Positions 42,940 to 51,916 are shown, counted from the stretch's first letter. The stretch is DNA of 64,000 nt from a virus (IMGVR_UViG_3300020056_002272:20662-84661); one strand, 5' to 3'. Notes: generated by a model not told the origin, from the sequence alone. Numbers and translations: made by a program.

Positions 42940-43894
42940 CGCTTGGTCTACTAAAACACTAGAATGGATAGATATAGAACTTACCAGTTTTTGCAATATC
43001 AGGTGTAAAGGCTGTTTTAGAGTCCTATCGGAACATGCAGATAAAATTTTAAACACAACCTACTTAGATTTAGAAACAATACAAAATAAATTTAAAAAAG
43101 AAATGTTTCCAAACATAAGAATAATTAATTTTTGCGGAAGTGTAGACGAACCTTGCAGCCATCCCCAATTTTTTGATATTGTAAAACACTTTGCAACATG
43201 GAATTGCCACATCAATATTGCCACCAATGGTAGTTTACGAACAACACAATGGTGGGAAACACTTGCAAAAATACTGCCTAAAAGTCATAGAGTAACTTGG
43301 GGCATTGATGGTAGTGATGAACTGTCTGAAGTGTATAGAGAAGGTAGTAATTTCAAAAAAGTCCAAGAAAATTTTAGGGCTTTTATTAAAGCAGGCGGAC
43401 AAAGTGTATGGCAATTTATTAGTTTTGAGCATAATGAACATCAACTTGAATCTGCAAAAAAACAAGCAAAAGACGAAGGGTTTAAAGATTTCAAAACTAT
43501 AATCAGTCATAGAGAAGATACAAAAGATATTAAACACAAAAGAGAAAAAAGAGATCCAAATCCTCAGCCTCGTCCTTGCATTAGTTGCAAGTATGCCAAT
43601 CAAAAAAGGATCTTTGTAAATCATATGGGCAATGTAATACCTTGTTGTCACTTAAACAGTAAAATGTTAGAGTTTCCTGTAAGCGGTGCTATACATGATA
43701 AATTTGAGAATTTATTGATTGAACATGATTACGAAAATGATATAAATTTAAAAAATGTTAGTATTGAGCAGGCAATGAACGGCAAAATATGGAATGACAT
43801 ACAATCTAGTTGGACAGATAATGAACGTATACCTCGTTGCGAGCATGTATGTGCAGAAAAGAAGAGAGATAAGTTTTTAAAAGAAAAACTTTGA
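42929..43894 (+). CDS. Radical SAM protein with C-terminal SPASM/twitch domain
   Basis: CNIRCKGC; WGIDG; FEHNEHQ; IPCC..CEHVC. Confidence 0.9.
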   Translation: MENNAWSTKTLEWIDIELTSFCNIRCKGCFRVLSEHADKILNTTYLDLETIQNKFKKEMFPNIRIINFCGSVDEPCSHPQFFDIVKHFATWNCHINIATNGSLRTTQWWETLAKILPKSHRVTWGIDGSDELSEVYREGSNFKKVQENFRAFIKAGGQSVWQFISFEHNEHQLESAKKQAKDEGFKDFKTIISHREDTKDIKHKREKRDPNPQPRPCISCKYANQKRIFVNHMGNVIPCCHLNSKMLEFPVSGAIHDKFENLLIEHDYENDINLKNVSIEQAMNGKIWNDIQSSWTDNERIPRCEHVCAEKKRDKFLKEKL

Positions 43895-43919
43895 CAAAAA
43901 TAGCATTGGTTAGTATAAT
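43891..43919 (+). promoter_or_regulatory. Sigma70-type promoter, perfect consensus (leaderless transcript)
   Basis: TTGACA(43891-96, overlapping the upstream TGA stop)-17-TATAAT(43914-19); ATG at 43925 with no SD. Confidence 0.85.
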
Positions 43920-43924
43920 ATAAT

Positions 43925-45043
43925 ATGAGCGAAGATCTAAAATGGAGTAACTATGATTTCACCAAAATCCCCTTTGACAATATTGTGTCTGTTGGGCAAC
44001 GCACTTTGCTGTATCGTGATATTTTTACTGTATCCTGGTTACTGGGCAGATTTTGCAACTACCGTTGCTCTTACTGCTGGCCCTACGCCAGAAGTGATCG
44101 TAAAGACCACCGACCTACCGAGCTCTGTTTACTCACAGTGGATGAAATTAAACGACAAGCCCGGAATAACGGATTTAATAGCTTTCATTTTAGCCTTAGT
44201 GGGGGTGAACCTACTTTTCATCCCGGTTATCTGGACATACTTAGCCACCTTGCTGAAGATGTAGATAACACTAATTATACCAGTGTTCATATGACATCAA
44301 ACTGTTCAAGAAATATGAAATGGTTTGAAACTTATGTAGAACGTGCAAAACCCTTTCATAGAGCAAGTATTACAGCAAGTTTGCACACAGAACATTTAGA
44401 TACAAAGGAGAAGATGCAGGACTTTGCAGACAAGTTAATCCTGTGTCAAGAGCATGATGTTCAAATTACAATTAACATGGTTATGGTGCCTGAATGGTTT
44501 GAAAGAGACTGGGAAAATGCACTGTTCTTTCATGAGCAAGGAATCAACGTTACCCTCAAACCACAATCGGATCCTACTGCATCACGTGTGGTCGACGGAT
44601 ATAAAGAAGAAGATTTAAAACGACTTTGGAATGGAATGCCACAACGTGCATACACAGAGAGCAAACGTAAATGGTCTGATCGTCCTAAGCCTAAATTTGA
44701 AATACCAAAAGATGTTATGCATAAGCCAGATGCTAGTGTGCCATGGCATTTTCAAGTAGAATTTAGAGATAGTGAAGGCAAGGCATGGTATATGGATCAA
44801 GCAGAACGTTTTAATGCATTTAACTTCAACAAATTCAAAGGATGGAATTGTAATGCAGGTTATCAAGGTATTATTATACGTGAACCTGATGGCAGTATAA
44901 AACGTTCCTATAGTTGTCATGACGTGCCTTTGGGAAATATAGAAACAGGATTTAAATTGTTTGATAAAGCAATGCCCTGTATTACAAATAGTTGTGTAAG
45001 TAGTGCAGATAGTAAGATACCTAAAAGGAAAGTAAATCAGTAA
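43925..45043 (+). CDS. Radical SAM protein (paralog of 40006)
   Basis: CNYRCSYC; LSGGEP; FKGWNC; C-terminal Cys cluster. Confidence 0.9.
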   Translation: MSEDLKWSNYDFTKIPFDNIVSVGQRTLLYRDIFTVSWLLGRFCNYRCSYCWPYARSDRKDHRPTELCLLTVDEIKRQARNNGFNSFHFSLSGGEPTFHPGYLDILSHLAEDVDNTNYTSVHMTSNCSRNMKWFETYVERAKPFHRASITASLHTEHLDTKEKMQDFADKLILCQEHDVQITINMVMVPEWFERDWENALFFHEQGINVTLKPQSDPTASRVVDGYKEEDLKRLWNGMPQRAYTESKRKWSDRPKPKFEIPKDVMHKPDASVPWHFQVEFRDSEGKAWYMDQAERFNAFNFNKFKGWNCNAGYQGIIIREPDGSIKRSYSCHDVPLGNIETGFKLFDKAMPCITNSCVSSADSKIPKRKVNQ

Positions 45044-45075
45044 AATCTAGGTATATATAATGAAAGGAATAAAAT

Positions 45076-45309
45076 ATGACTGACATAGCCGAAAGAGTAA
45101 AAAAAGTTATAAAGGAATCATTAGCTAAAGATTCAGTGACTGAATCATCTAATTTTATAGACGACTTAGGCGCCGATAGTCTTGATGTCGTAGAGATTGT
45201 AATGGATTTAGAAGAGGAATTTGGCATTACAATTGAAGATACTGATGCCGAACATATAAGAACTGTAGGCGATGCTATTGAATTTTTGGAAAAAATATTA
45301 AATACATAA
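45076..45309 (+). CDS. acpP: Acyl carrier protein
   Basis: 77-aa acidic protein with the DDLGADSLD phosphopantetheine site, EEEFGI.I.D and TVGD motifs; AAGGA RBS. Confidence 0.95.
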   Translation: MTDIAERVKKVIKESLAKDSVTESSNFIDDLGADSLDVVEIVMDLEEEFGITIEDTDAEHIRTVGDAIEFLEKILNT

Positions 45310-45322
45310 TATAGGACAATAA

Positions 45323-46048
45323 ATGATCAAATATTCTCATGCTATTTTTATTTTACAAATAATTGCTTATTGTAGTATTATACCAATGTTGTTATATGCA
45401 GATTGGTATCATTATATTATAGCAATTTTAATTTATTTTTTAAATGGTTGTTTAGGAATGATAATGGGATATCATAGACTTGTCACTCATAGAAGTTTTG
45501 AAGCACCGGTATGGTTTGAAAAAATGATTGTATTGTTTGCTACAATTGGTTTAACTGGACCTGCTATTGATTGGGTAGCAATACACAAAGCGCATCACAG
45601 ATATGCTGATACAGAAAAAGATCCACACTCCCCAGATTATTTAGGAAAATTTAGAGTGCATTTTTTGACTATGTTTGCAAACGTTAATCCAAAATATGCA
45701 GGCCGCATTCTCAAAAATACATTTTATAGGTTTCAGCGCAAATATTATTTTTTAATCAATATATTGTATGCTGTATGTCTTTATGCTGTTGACCCGTTTG
45801 CTGTAATTTATGCTTGGTTATTTCCTGCTGCATTAGTGATAGGGTTTGGCACAGCTATCTTGAGCACTTCGCACAGGAAAAACAAGCCGCATAATGATTT
45901 TATATTAGCAATATTGACTTGGGGTGATGCATTCCATGAGGAGCATCACGATCATCCTAATAAAGCAAGATTACACAAATGGGATATCACAGGAATAATT
46001 ATTGAAACTTTTTTCAAAACTAAATACACAACAAAAGATGCAAATTGA
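45323..46048 (+). CDS. Membrane-bound fatty-acid desaturase (delta-9-like)
   Basis: His boxes HRLVTH, HKAHH, HEEHH; DPHSP; hydrophobic segments. Confidence 0.9.
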   Translation: MIKYSHAIFILQIIAYCSIIPMLLYADWYHYIIAILIYFLNGCLGMIMGYHRLVTHRSFEAPVWFEKMIVLFATIGLTGPAIDWVAIHKAHHRYADTEKDPHSPDYLGKFRVHFLTMFANVNPKYAGRILKNTFYRFQRKYYFLINILYAVCLYAVDPFAVIYAWLFPAALVIGFGTAILSTSHRKNKPHNDFILAILTWGDAFHEEHHDHPNKARLHKWDITGIIIETFFKTKYTTKDAN

Positions 46049-46054
46049 GGATAT

Positions 46055-46207
46055 ATGGGCTGGAAAGGCATAGGAATCAAACCTAATCAGTTGTCTTTTT
46101 GGCAGATAGATTATGCAATAAGATACGGCATACTTTTTAAAAACTTAGAGGAATTAGATGAATACCTGGAAAAAAAGAACCGAATTACCTGTATACAAAC
46201 AGCTTAA
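46055..46207 (+). CDS. Small hypothetical protein (50 aa, not in ORF track)
   Basis: GAGG RBS and ATG46055; translates to MGWKGIGIKPNQLSFWQIDYAIRYGILFKNLEELDEYLEKKNRITCIQTA; fills an otherwise empty gap. Confidence 0.45.
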   Translation: MGWKGIGIKPNQLSFWQIDYAIRYGILFKNLEELDEYLEKKNRITCIQTA

Positions 46208-46883
46208 ACAATTTCAGTTTGATCCAAAACTGTTAGTGGAAGCATATGAAGAATTTACTTCAAATAAAGTCTGGGACGGGCTGGGTAACGAATATTCGAA
46301 CATGTGCAAAACATATACTAATTTACCAAGTATGTTTTTTCCAGAAGACGAGTTAAAGGGTGTAACTTGTATTACCGAATTAGATTTTGAACAAACAAGC
46401 TATAAGCAAATTAGTTTGGTAGGATTTGATGAGAATTACAATTTATCTCAACGCAAAGAAAAATCAGGAACACGATGGGATAATCAAATTGCAAAAAACA
46501 ACCCAAAAGCTGATGAAAGATTTTTTAGGAAGCGCAAAGATGATGTGCCAGAATATTTTAATTATGTATTAGACACTATTGGTAGAGATGTTGTTCACCG
46601 CACACGATTTGCAAATTTAATGCCCAAATCGTCAATTGATCCACATATTGATTATAATACAGAATATGGTGTTAGACTGCATATACCTATTATAACAAAT
46701 GATGGTTGCACTTTTGGAGGAATAGATCCAACTACTGGTGAAACAAAGGAAAGACATTTTCCAGCAGATGGTAGTGTATGGTTTATCAATCCAGGAGTAA
46801 AGCATTGGGCAACTAACGACGGTGATGAAGAAAGAATACATTTAATTGTAAGTGTAGATAGTCAGGAGATTTTAAATGATTAA
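46158..46883 (+). CDS. Fe(II)/2OG oxygenase, Asp/Asn beta-hydroxylase (LpxO-like) family
   Basis: PHID...RLHIPI.TN...H.ATN...RIHL. Confidence 0.8.
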   Translation: MNTWKKRTELPVYKQLKQFQFDPKLLVEAYEEFTSNKVWDGLGNEYSNMCKTYTNLPSMFFPEDELKGVTCITELDFEQTSYKQISLVGFDENYNLSQRKEKSGTRWDNQIAKNNPKADERFFRKRKDDVPEYFNYVLDTIGRDVVHRTRFANLMPKSSIDPHIDYNTEYGVRLHIPIITNDGCTFGGIDPTTGETKERHFPADGSVWFINPGVKHWATNDGDEERIHLIVSVDSQEILND

Positions 46884-47721
46884 AGGTGCAATAGGATCGG
46901 GAACAATGACGCCATTAGTTTGGCGCATAAAAGCATTGAATATAAGTTTTCTTATTGGAGTGTTAAGTATTCCTTTTTTCTTTTCTTGGAACTGGTTACT
47001 TATAGGATTGTTTGTAACATTTTGGTTTGAGGTCCTTGTAGGTAATGGATATTGTCACAGGTATTATGGCCATAAAACTTACGAGCCAAAACCTTGGTTG
47101 AAACCGATACTAGACTTTTTAGTGCATTACCAGGGATTTGGAAGTTTATTAACATGGAAAGCGTATCATATCAGACATCATGAGTTTAGTGATGAAGCAG
47201 AGGATAGTCATAATCCTCAACATGGAATAAAATATATCTTTAGTGGCGCTTGGGGACAGTTACCAAAAGAATACTACGCTGAACAATTAAAGGATCCTGT
47301 CTTAGTTTGGTATCATAGGAATTATTGGAAAATGCATGTGGCTATTAGTATATTCTGGTTAAGTTTAGGATCTATATTAGCTGGAGGATTTGATCCTAGA
47401 TTTTGGATTTTCTTGTATGCTATGCCTGGTTTATATGCTGTGGTAAGTGCATATGTTTTAATCTACGGACCTCACGTAGATGGAGAACCTGTTGACCGTT
47501 GGTGGCTAGATTTTTATACATTCGGCGAAGGTAATCATTTGTATCATCACATATATCCGTGGAGTTATCGCTTCGGTAAATGGGACATTACAGGCTTTTT
47601 AATAGAAAAATTAACTATGAAAAAAGATCCTGAAAAAATAGCAGCAGTGAGACAATCATGGATAGACCATTGGGGATATGAAAATGGATATGGACAAGCG
47701 TATAAAAAAGCACCTAAATGA
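46876..47721 (+). CDS. Membrane-bound fatty-acid desaturase (second copy)
   Basis: His boxes HRYYGH, HIRHH, HLYHH; DSHNP; GEG.H. Confidence 0.9.
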   Translation: MIKGAIGSGTMTPLVWRIKALNISFLIGVLSIPFFFSWNWLLIGLFVTFWFEVLVGNGYCHRYYGHKTYEPKPWLKPILDFLVHYQGFGSLLTWKAYHIRHHEFSDEAEDSHNPQHGIKYIFSGAWGQLPKEYYAEQLKDPVLVWYHRNYWKMHVAISIFWLSLGSILAGGFDPRFWIFLYAMPGLYAVVSAYVLIYGPHVDGEPVDRWWLDFYTFGEGNHLYHHIYPWSYRFGKWDITGFLIEKLTMKKDPEKIAAVRQSWIDHWGYENGYGQAYKKAPK

Positions 47722-48310
47722 TGTTTATACAAATTTAGAAGGCAACCCTACTGATTTTTTAATACCAGTTCCATCTTTAGATGCATACATAAGTTCAAAT
47801 GATTTTATATCTGTATACAATGAAGTGACTACAGATAAAAAAGACAGATACGCATATGGACACAAAATATATGCTGACGATTTTCCTGTGTTTGATAGAT
47901 TACGTGAAGCTTATCCTGCTTTTAAAGATTATTTCTTTTTTCTCAAAACAAATAGAGTAGTAAAAACATATCCTATACATATTGATGGTCCTGGCGAATT
48001 TGATTCTAAAGCAGGCGTAAACTGGCCTTTAATAAATTGCGATGAGCAAAGTGATACAGTGTGGTATGAGCCTGAGGAGCATGATTTTTACTATCATGAA
48101 GTCCAAAATAGTATATTTTTAAAAGATAATGTAAAAACAAAAGAAATATATAAATTTCATTTTGTTGATCATACACCTCATTTGTTTCGCGGCGATGTGT
48201 GGCATACTGGCATAAACCATAAACATCAAAGAGAATTTAGAGTAATGGTTAAGTGGGAGCTCACTGTAAATAATTGGCAAGAGGCGCAAAATGCACTTTT
48301 TATTGCCTAA
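47678..48310 (+). CDS. Putative cupin Fe(II)/2OG oxygenase
   Basis: IHIDG..NWPL...T.WY...WH..N....R pattern. Confidence 0.5.
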   Translation: MKMDMDKRIKKHLNDVYTNLEGNPTDFLIPVPSLDAYISSNDFISVYNEVTTDKKDRYAYGHKIYADDFPVFDRLREAYPAFKDYFFFLKTNRVVKTYPIHIDGPGEFDSKAGVNWPLINCDEQSDTVWYEPEEHDFYYHEVQNSIFLKDNVKTKEIYKFHFVDHTPHLFRGDVWHTGINHKHQREFRVMVKWELTVNNWQEAQNALFIA

Positions 48311-49508
48311 TGACAAAGAAGTAACTGATTTCCGTGCTAGACTATATGAAGAAGATTTTGGTATATCTGCATCGTATTTAAGCAAATTTCAATACAAGAG
48401 CGATTACGATGACGAATTTGCTGGGCATAAAGATTTAGAAGATATTTACAAATATAGTGATATAAAATATTTAAACAGTGGCATTGAACAAGTTTTGATG
48501 ACTGAAGATAGAACAATGATATCTGGCGGAACCTTCTTTGACGGAGAGTATTATCGTGCAGGACATTTAGTATACTGTTTGAAAAATTATCGAAAGCAAA
48601 ACTACAGTTGGATGTATCAGGACTTTGGTGCATTATACGGTCATATTAAAAGAGCAATAGAATTAAATATTCCTAAGGTAATAATGTGTCACTGGCCGCA
48701 TAACTCTCGTATAAGAGCAAACATAGAAAACCACAAAAGAAAACTTATTGGAAGGCACTTGCATTATTTTATGCAAATGGAGCATTTAGGTGCCTGGAAT
48801 GTTAATGAGGTAGAGCAAGAAGTTTTTGTTTATGATATTCCTAAACGTTTTAAGGAAATTGAAAAATTCACAATGACTGAAAATATTTTACCAATGGGAG
48901 AATATGAAACTTTACCGGTTACTTCTAAATATGGTAATACTCCCGAAAAATATGGATGTGTTGTAAAATTAAATATTGACCCAATTGATCATGAACAAAT
49001 TCGTCACGACATGCATACGTTTAAAGAAACAAAAAAACATTATTTTCAAGAACGGTTGGATATATATAAAGTTCCGCCTAGTGTAGCGGCGAATTACCTC
49101 AAATACGTAGGATTTTCGGGAGAAACCTATGATAGCACAGGTTTAAATATCACTGGCACAGCAGAGCTTGACCCTAATATACCTAATAGTATTTTAGAGG
49201 CATACAGTAAAGTTCAATCTAAATTGTTTAGGCAAAATTTTGTAGTTGCAATGAACGGATGGAATACAAAATGGCATAGAGATCATTCCACACCATTAAT
49301 GCATGGATTTAGATTAATGATACCGATTGATCCTGTTGTTATGTATTTTAGAACTGGAAAAGTAGAATTGCAGCCAGGACATTATTATTTTGTTAATAAT
49401 AGTTTAGAACACAAAGGATCATTGCCAGATGGATACGAAAGAAGAGCAAATCTAATGGCACAAATGGATAGCGATATTGATATTTTAAATGGTGATATTA
49501 TTTTATAA
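48291..49508 (+). CDS. Two-domain protein: N-terminal GNAT-like domain and C-terminal Asp/Asn beta-hydroxylase-like oxygenase
   Basis: C-terminal WHRD..RLMIPI..G..YF.N...H....R. The N-terminal YR...VY....YR..A.ELN pattern is only tentatively GNAT. Confidence 0.55.
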   Translation: MHFLLPNDKEVTDFRARLYEEDFGISASYLSKFQYKSDYDDEFAGHKDLEDIYKYSDIKYLNSGIEQVLMTEDRTMISGGTFFDGEYYRAGHLVYCLKNYRKQNYSWMYQDFGALYGHIKRAIELNIPKVIMCHWPHNSRIRANIENHKRKLIGRHLHYFMQMEHLGAWNVNEVEQEVFVYDIPKRFKEIEKFTMTENILPMGEYETLPVTSKYGNTPEKYGCVVKLNIDPIDHEQIRHDMHTFKETKKHYFQERLDIYKVPPSVAANYLKYVGFSGETYDSTGLNITGTAELDPNIPNSILEAYSKVQSKLFRQNFVVAMNGWNTKWHRDHSTPLMHGFRLMIPIDPVVMYFRTGKVELQPGHYYFVNNSLEHKGSLPDGYERRANLMAQMDSDIDILNGDIIL

Positions 49509-49510
49509 TA

Positions 49511-51907
49511 TCATCCACGATCAAATCTTTGTGCATTTTTAAAAGTGATTGCATTCTTAATAGTAATACCTTGTTTGACTGTGGTGTTTCTTCTCGGAAA
49601 AGTAGTTTGTTGGATTTTTGTTCCATCTTGATAGCCTACTTTTGCTGAGCCGCCTTCTAAACTATTATAATCATTCCAGTTACTATCTGTAGAACTAGTA
49701 GATTCTGTTCCTGGATAAAAATCGCTAGAGTCTTGATTATCTAAAGAGTTTATATATGAAAGAACATCAGTATAAGTCCAGTTTCTATTCAGGCCTACAA
49801 GAGTAGAAATAAAACCTGCTGCAACAGGACAGGCAGCACTTGTTCCGCTGAAAGCACAATCTTCTGGCACACCCGAACCACTACCACTGTCGGCTGTGAA
49901 GCCAGGGTATACATCAGGATAGCGTCCTTCGCTAGTATAAGCTCTGTTTGCAGCTAATGTTCCATCTGCAGGCATGTAAAAATCAATACCATTGCCTCTA
50001 TCACTGTAATTTACTTTACGCTCTCTATTACCTGAGCTAGTATCATAATCATCGTCTAGCGCACCTATGTTAATAGTTTTGTAAGAAACAGGAGCACTGA
50101 TAACAGTAATGGTTCCGTTCATGCCGTTATGCGCACTACATTGGTAATAGTAAATACCTACATCGGTAGGTGTCCAACTTATTGTTGCACCACTATTAGC
50201 ACCTTGCCCTGTTGCACCTGTAACTTGATCTCCTGTGCCAGTGCCTTGCACAGTTTTGAAATACATTGGATGACTTGCACTTGCATTGTTGGTAATAGCA
50301 ATTGTATCGCCAGCAGCTATCCTTATATCTGCATTATCGCCTGCAACAGAACCATCTCTATCATTGCCGTTACTCAATGTATATGCAACACTGCCGTTGT
50401 TTGTTGCATCAAGAGTGTATGATGCAGTAGGACCTGTGGTTTTGCCACCTTGTTGCGGAAAGCCTCGTCTGTTAGTAGATCCTGTTACTTCTACGCTAAA
50501 TTCTGTAAAACTACTTTCTTCTAGTGTGTCTGTATTATTACTTGCGATATAATTATCGAAATCTTGGTGTCCCCAGTTAGTTTGTTTCTGATTACTGTTT
50601 CCAGCAGCACATACGAATAACACACCACTATCTATGAGTTCATCTAGGGCTGTAGTTAGCGAGTTGGTTTTCATTTCGCTTTTCCAACGCCCTAAATCGC
50701 CTGTGACACCCATGTTAGAAATAAATTCTGGTTCGTCGCCTGTGCCGCCATATGCCACTGGATCAGCGCCTCTAAAGTGGTAATATACTCCACCTTTGTT
50801 TGCTCTATATCCCCAGCTATTTGAACTTACTGTAGGATCTTGTGTTTTGTATTTTGAATTAATTGGTTTTGACTGATGGAAGATTTTTTGCATATCAAAT
50901 CCGGGTTCAATATCAGCACCGCTGGCTCCATACAAGTTTAATACCCACTTATTAGCATTGTATGCCCATCCTTGCGTTCTGCCGTATGTAAGTGCCATAC
51001 AAGGGGTGCAGTGGGTGCCTACAGCGCTCTGTGCAGTGTTGCTACCGTTACAAGTAGATCTTGTATATGCAGAATCTATAGTCGCTGTAGTGCCTACGCT
51101 AGGATGTCTTGCATTAAATTCGCTACTGCGATTGCTTGTGCTACTCCACCATCCTCTTGCAAAACTTTCTACAGGAACAGTTGTGCCGTCCCAACGTGTT
51201 GTCAATCTATTGCCTGCATCAGCATCAAAGTATTCTGGATCTAAATAATATGGTGCATCTAAACACAAGTCTAATACATCGCACGTTCCGTTGCCTGGTA
51301 ATTTGTTTCCGCCTGTATAGTCCGCTGGTGCAACACTATTTGAACAATTGTTTTGAAATTCAGGATGCCCTATCCATCCACCCCCGTCGTCTGCAACAAT
51401 TACGTCTACATCTCTACCGTCAGCATATTGCGATATATTACTAGGGTAAACATAATTATCTGCTTGTGAATTATCTACCCACGGGTCTAGCTTTTGCATT
51501 GGACGAAGCAATTGATATCCTGTTCTGTTTATATCTGTTGCATCTGGTGTGCCTGGTAGTGTGTTTGATGTTTCAAACTCTCTATAGTTTTTGACTGTTC
51601 CTGCATATCGTTCTAAAATTTCTGCAGGAGTTGACTGTAACTCTTCTGGTGGCGGTTTATAAGTTTCGGGGTAACTTGTATAGTCGATGTTTATCCATTT
51701 TATACGTGCATCTGCTTTTAAAGCCGTTGCTTCTTCGTCTGTTAAAAGAAAAATACCTCTTGTAGGACTGCCTTCTTTATCGTCTGTGCAAGTGCAAGCT
51801 CTGTCGGGTATATTTGCTATTCCATCTGTTGCACCGCATAAATCGTCGTGTATTGCTTGCCATTGTTCGGCAGTGTGTGTTCCTAACTGGTAATATTTTT
51901 CAGCCAT
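49511..51907 (-). CDS. Subtilisin-like (S8) serine protease with cupredoxin-like insertion, probably virion-associated
   Basis: Catalytic D (VIVADDG), H (GTHCT), oxyanion AAGN and S (FSGTSAACP); inserted SHP...YYYQCSAHNGM module. Confidence 0.8.
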   Translation of the reverse strand: MAEKYYQLGTHTAEQWQAIHDDLCGATDGIANIPDRACTCTDDKEGSPTRGIFLLTDEEATALKADARIKWINIDYTSYPETYKPPPEELQSTPAEILERYAGTVKNYREFETSNTLPGTPDATDINRTGYQLLRPMQKLDPWVDNSQADNYVYPSNISQYADGRDVDVIVADDGGGWIGHPEFQNNCSNSVAPADYTGGNKLPGNGTCDVLDLCLDAPYYLDPEYFDADAGNRLTTRWDGTTVPVESFARGWWSSTSNRSSEFNARHPSVGTTATIDSAYTRSTCNGSNTAQSAVGTHCTPCMALTYGRTQGWAYNANKWVLNLYGASGADIEPGFDMQKIFHQSKPINSKYKTQDPTVSSNSWGYRANKGGVYYHFRGADPVAYGGTGDEPEFISNMGVTGDLGRWKSEMKTNSLTTALDELIDSGVLFVCAAGNSNQKQTNWGHQDFDNYIASNNTDTLEESSFTEFSVEVTGSTNRRGFPQQGGKTTGPTASYTLDATNNGSVAYTLSNGNDRDGSVAGDNADIRIAAGDTIAITNNASASHPMYFKTVQGTGTGDQVTGATGQGANSGATISWTPTDVGIYYYQCSAHNGMNGTITVISAPVSYKTINIGALDDDYDTSSGNRERKVNYSDRGNGIDFYMPADGTLAANRAYTSEGRYPDVYPGFTADSGSGSGVPEDCAFSGTSAACPVAAGFISTLVGLNRNWTYTDVLSYINSLDNQDSSDFYPGTESTSSTDSNWNDYNSLEGGSAKVGYQDGTKIQQTTFPRRNTTVKQGITIKNAITFKNAQRFDRG

Positions 51908-51916
51908 GCTGTTCCC

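Noticed and set aside
24282-45043. RiPP (ranthipeptide/sactipeptide) cluster interpretation
   Set aside because: No RRE domains, convincing Cys-rich precursor, transporter or dedicated peptidase were recognised. The glycosyltransferase/ACP context favours glycan or lipid tailoring. Not fully excluded.
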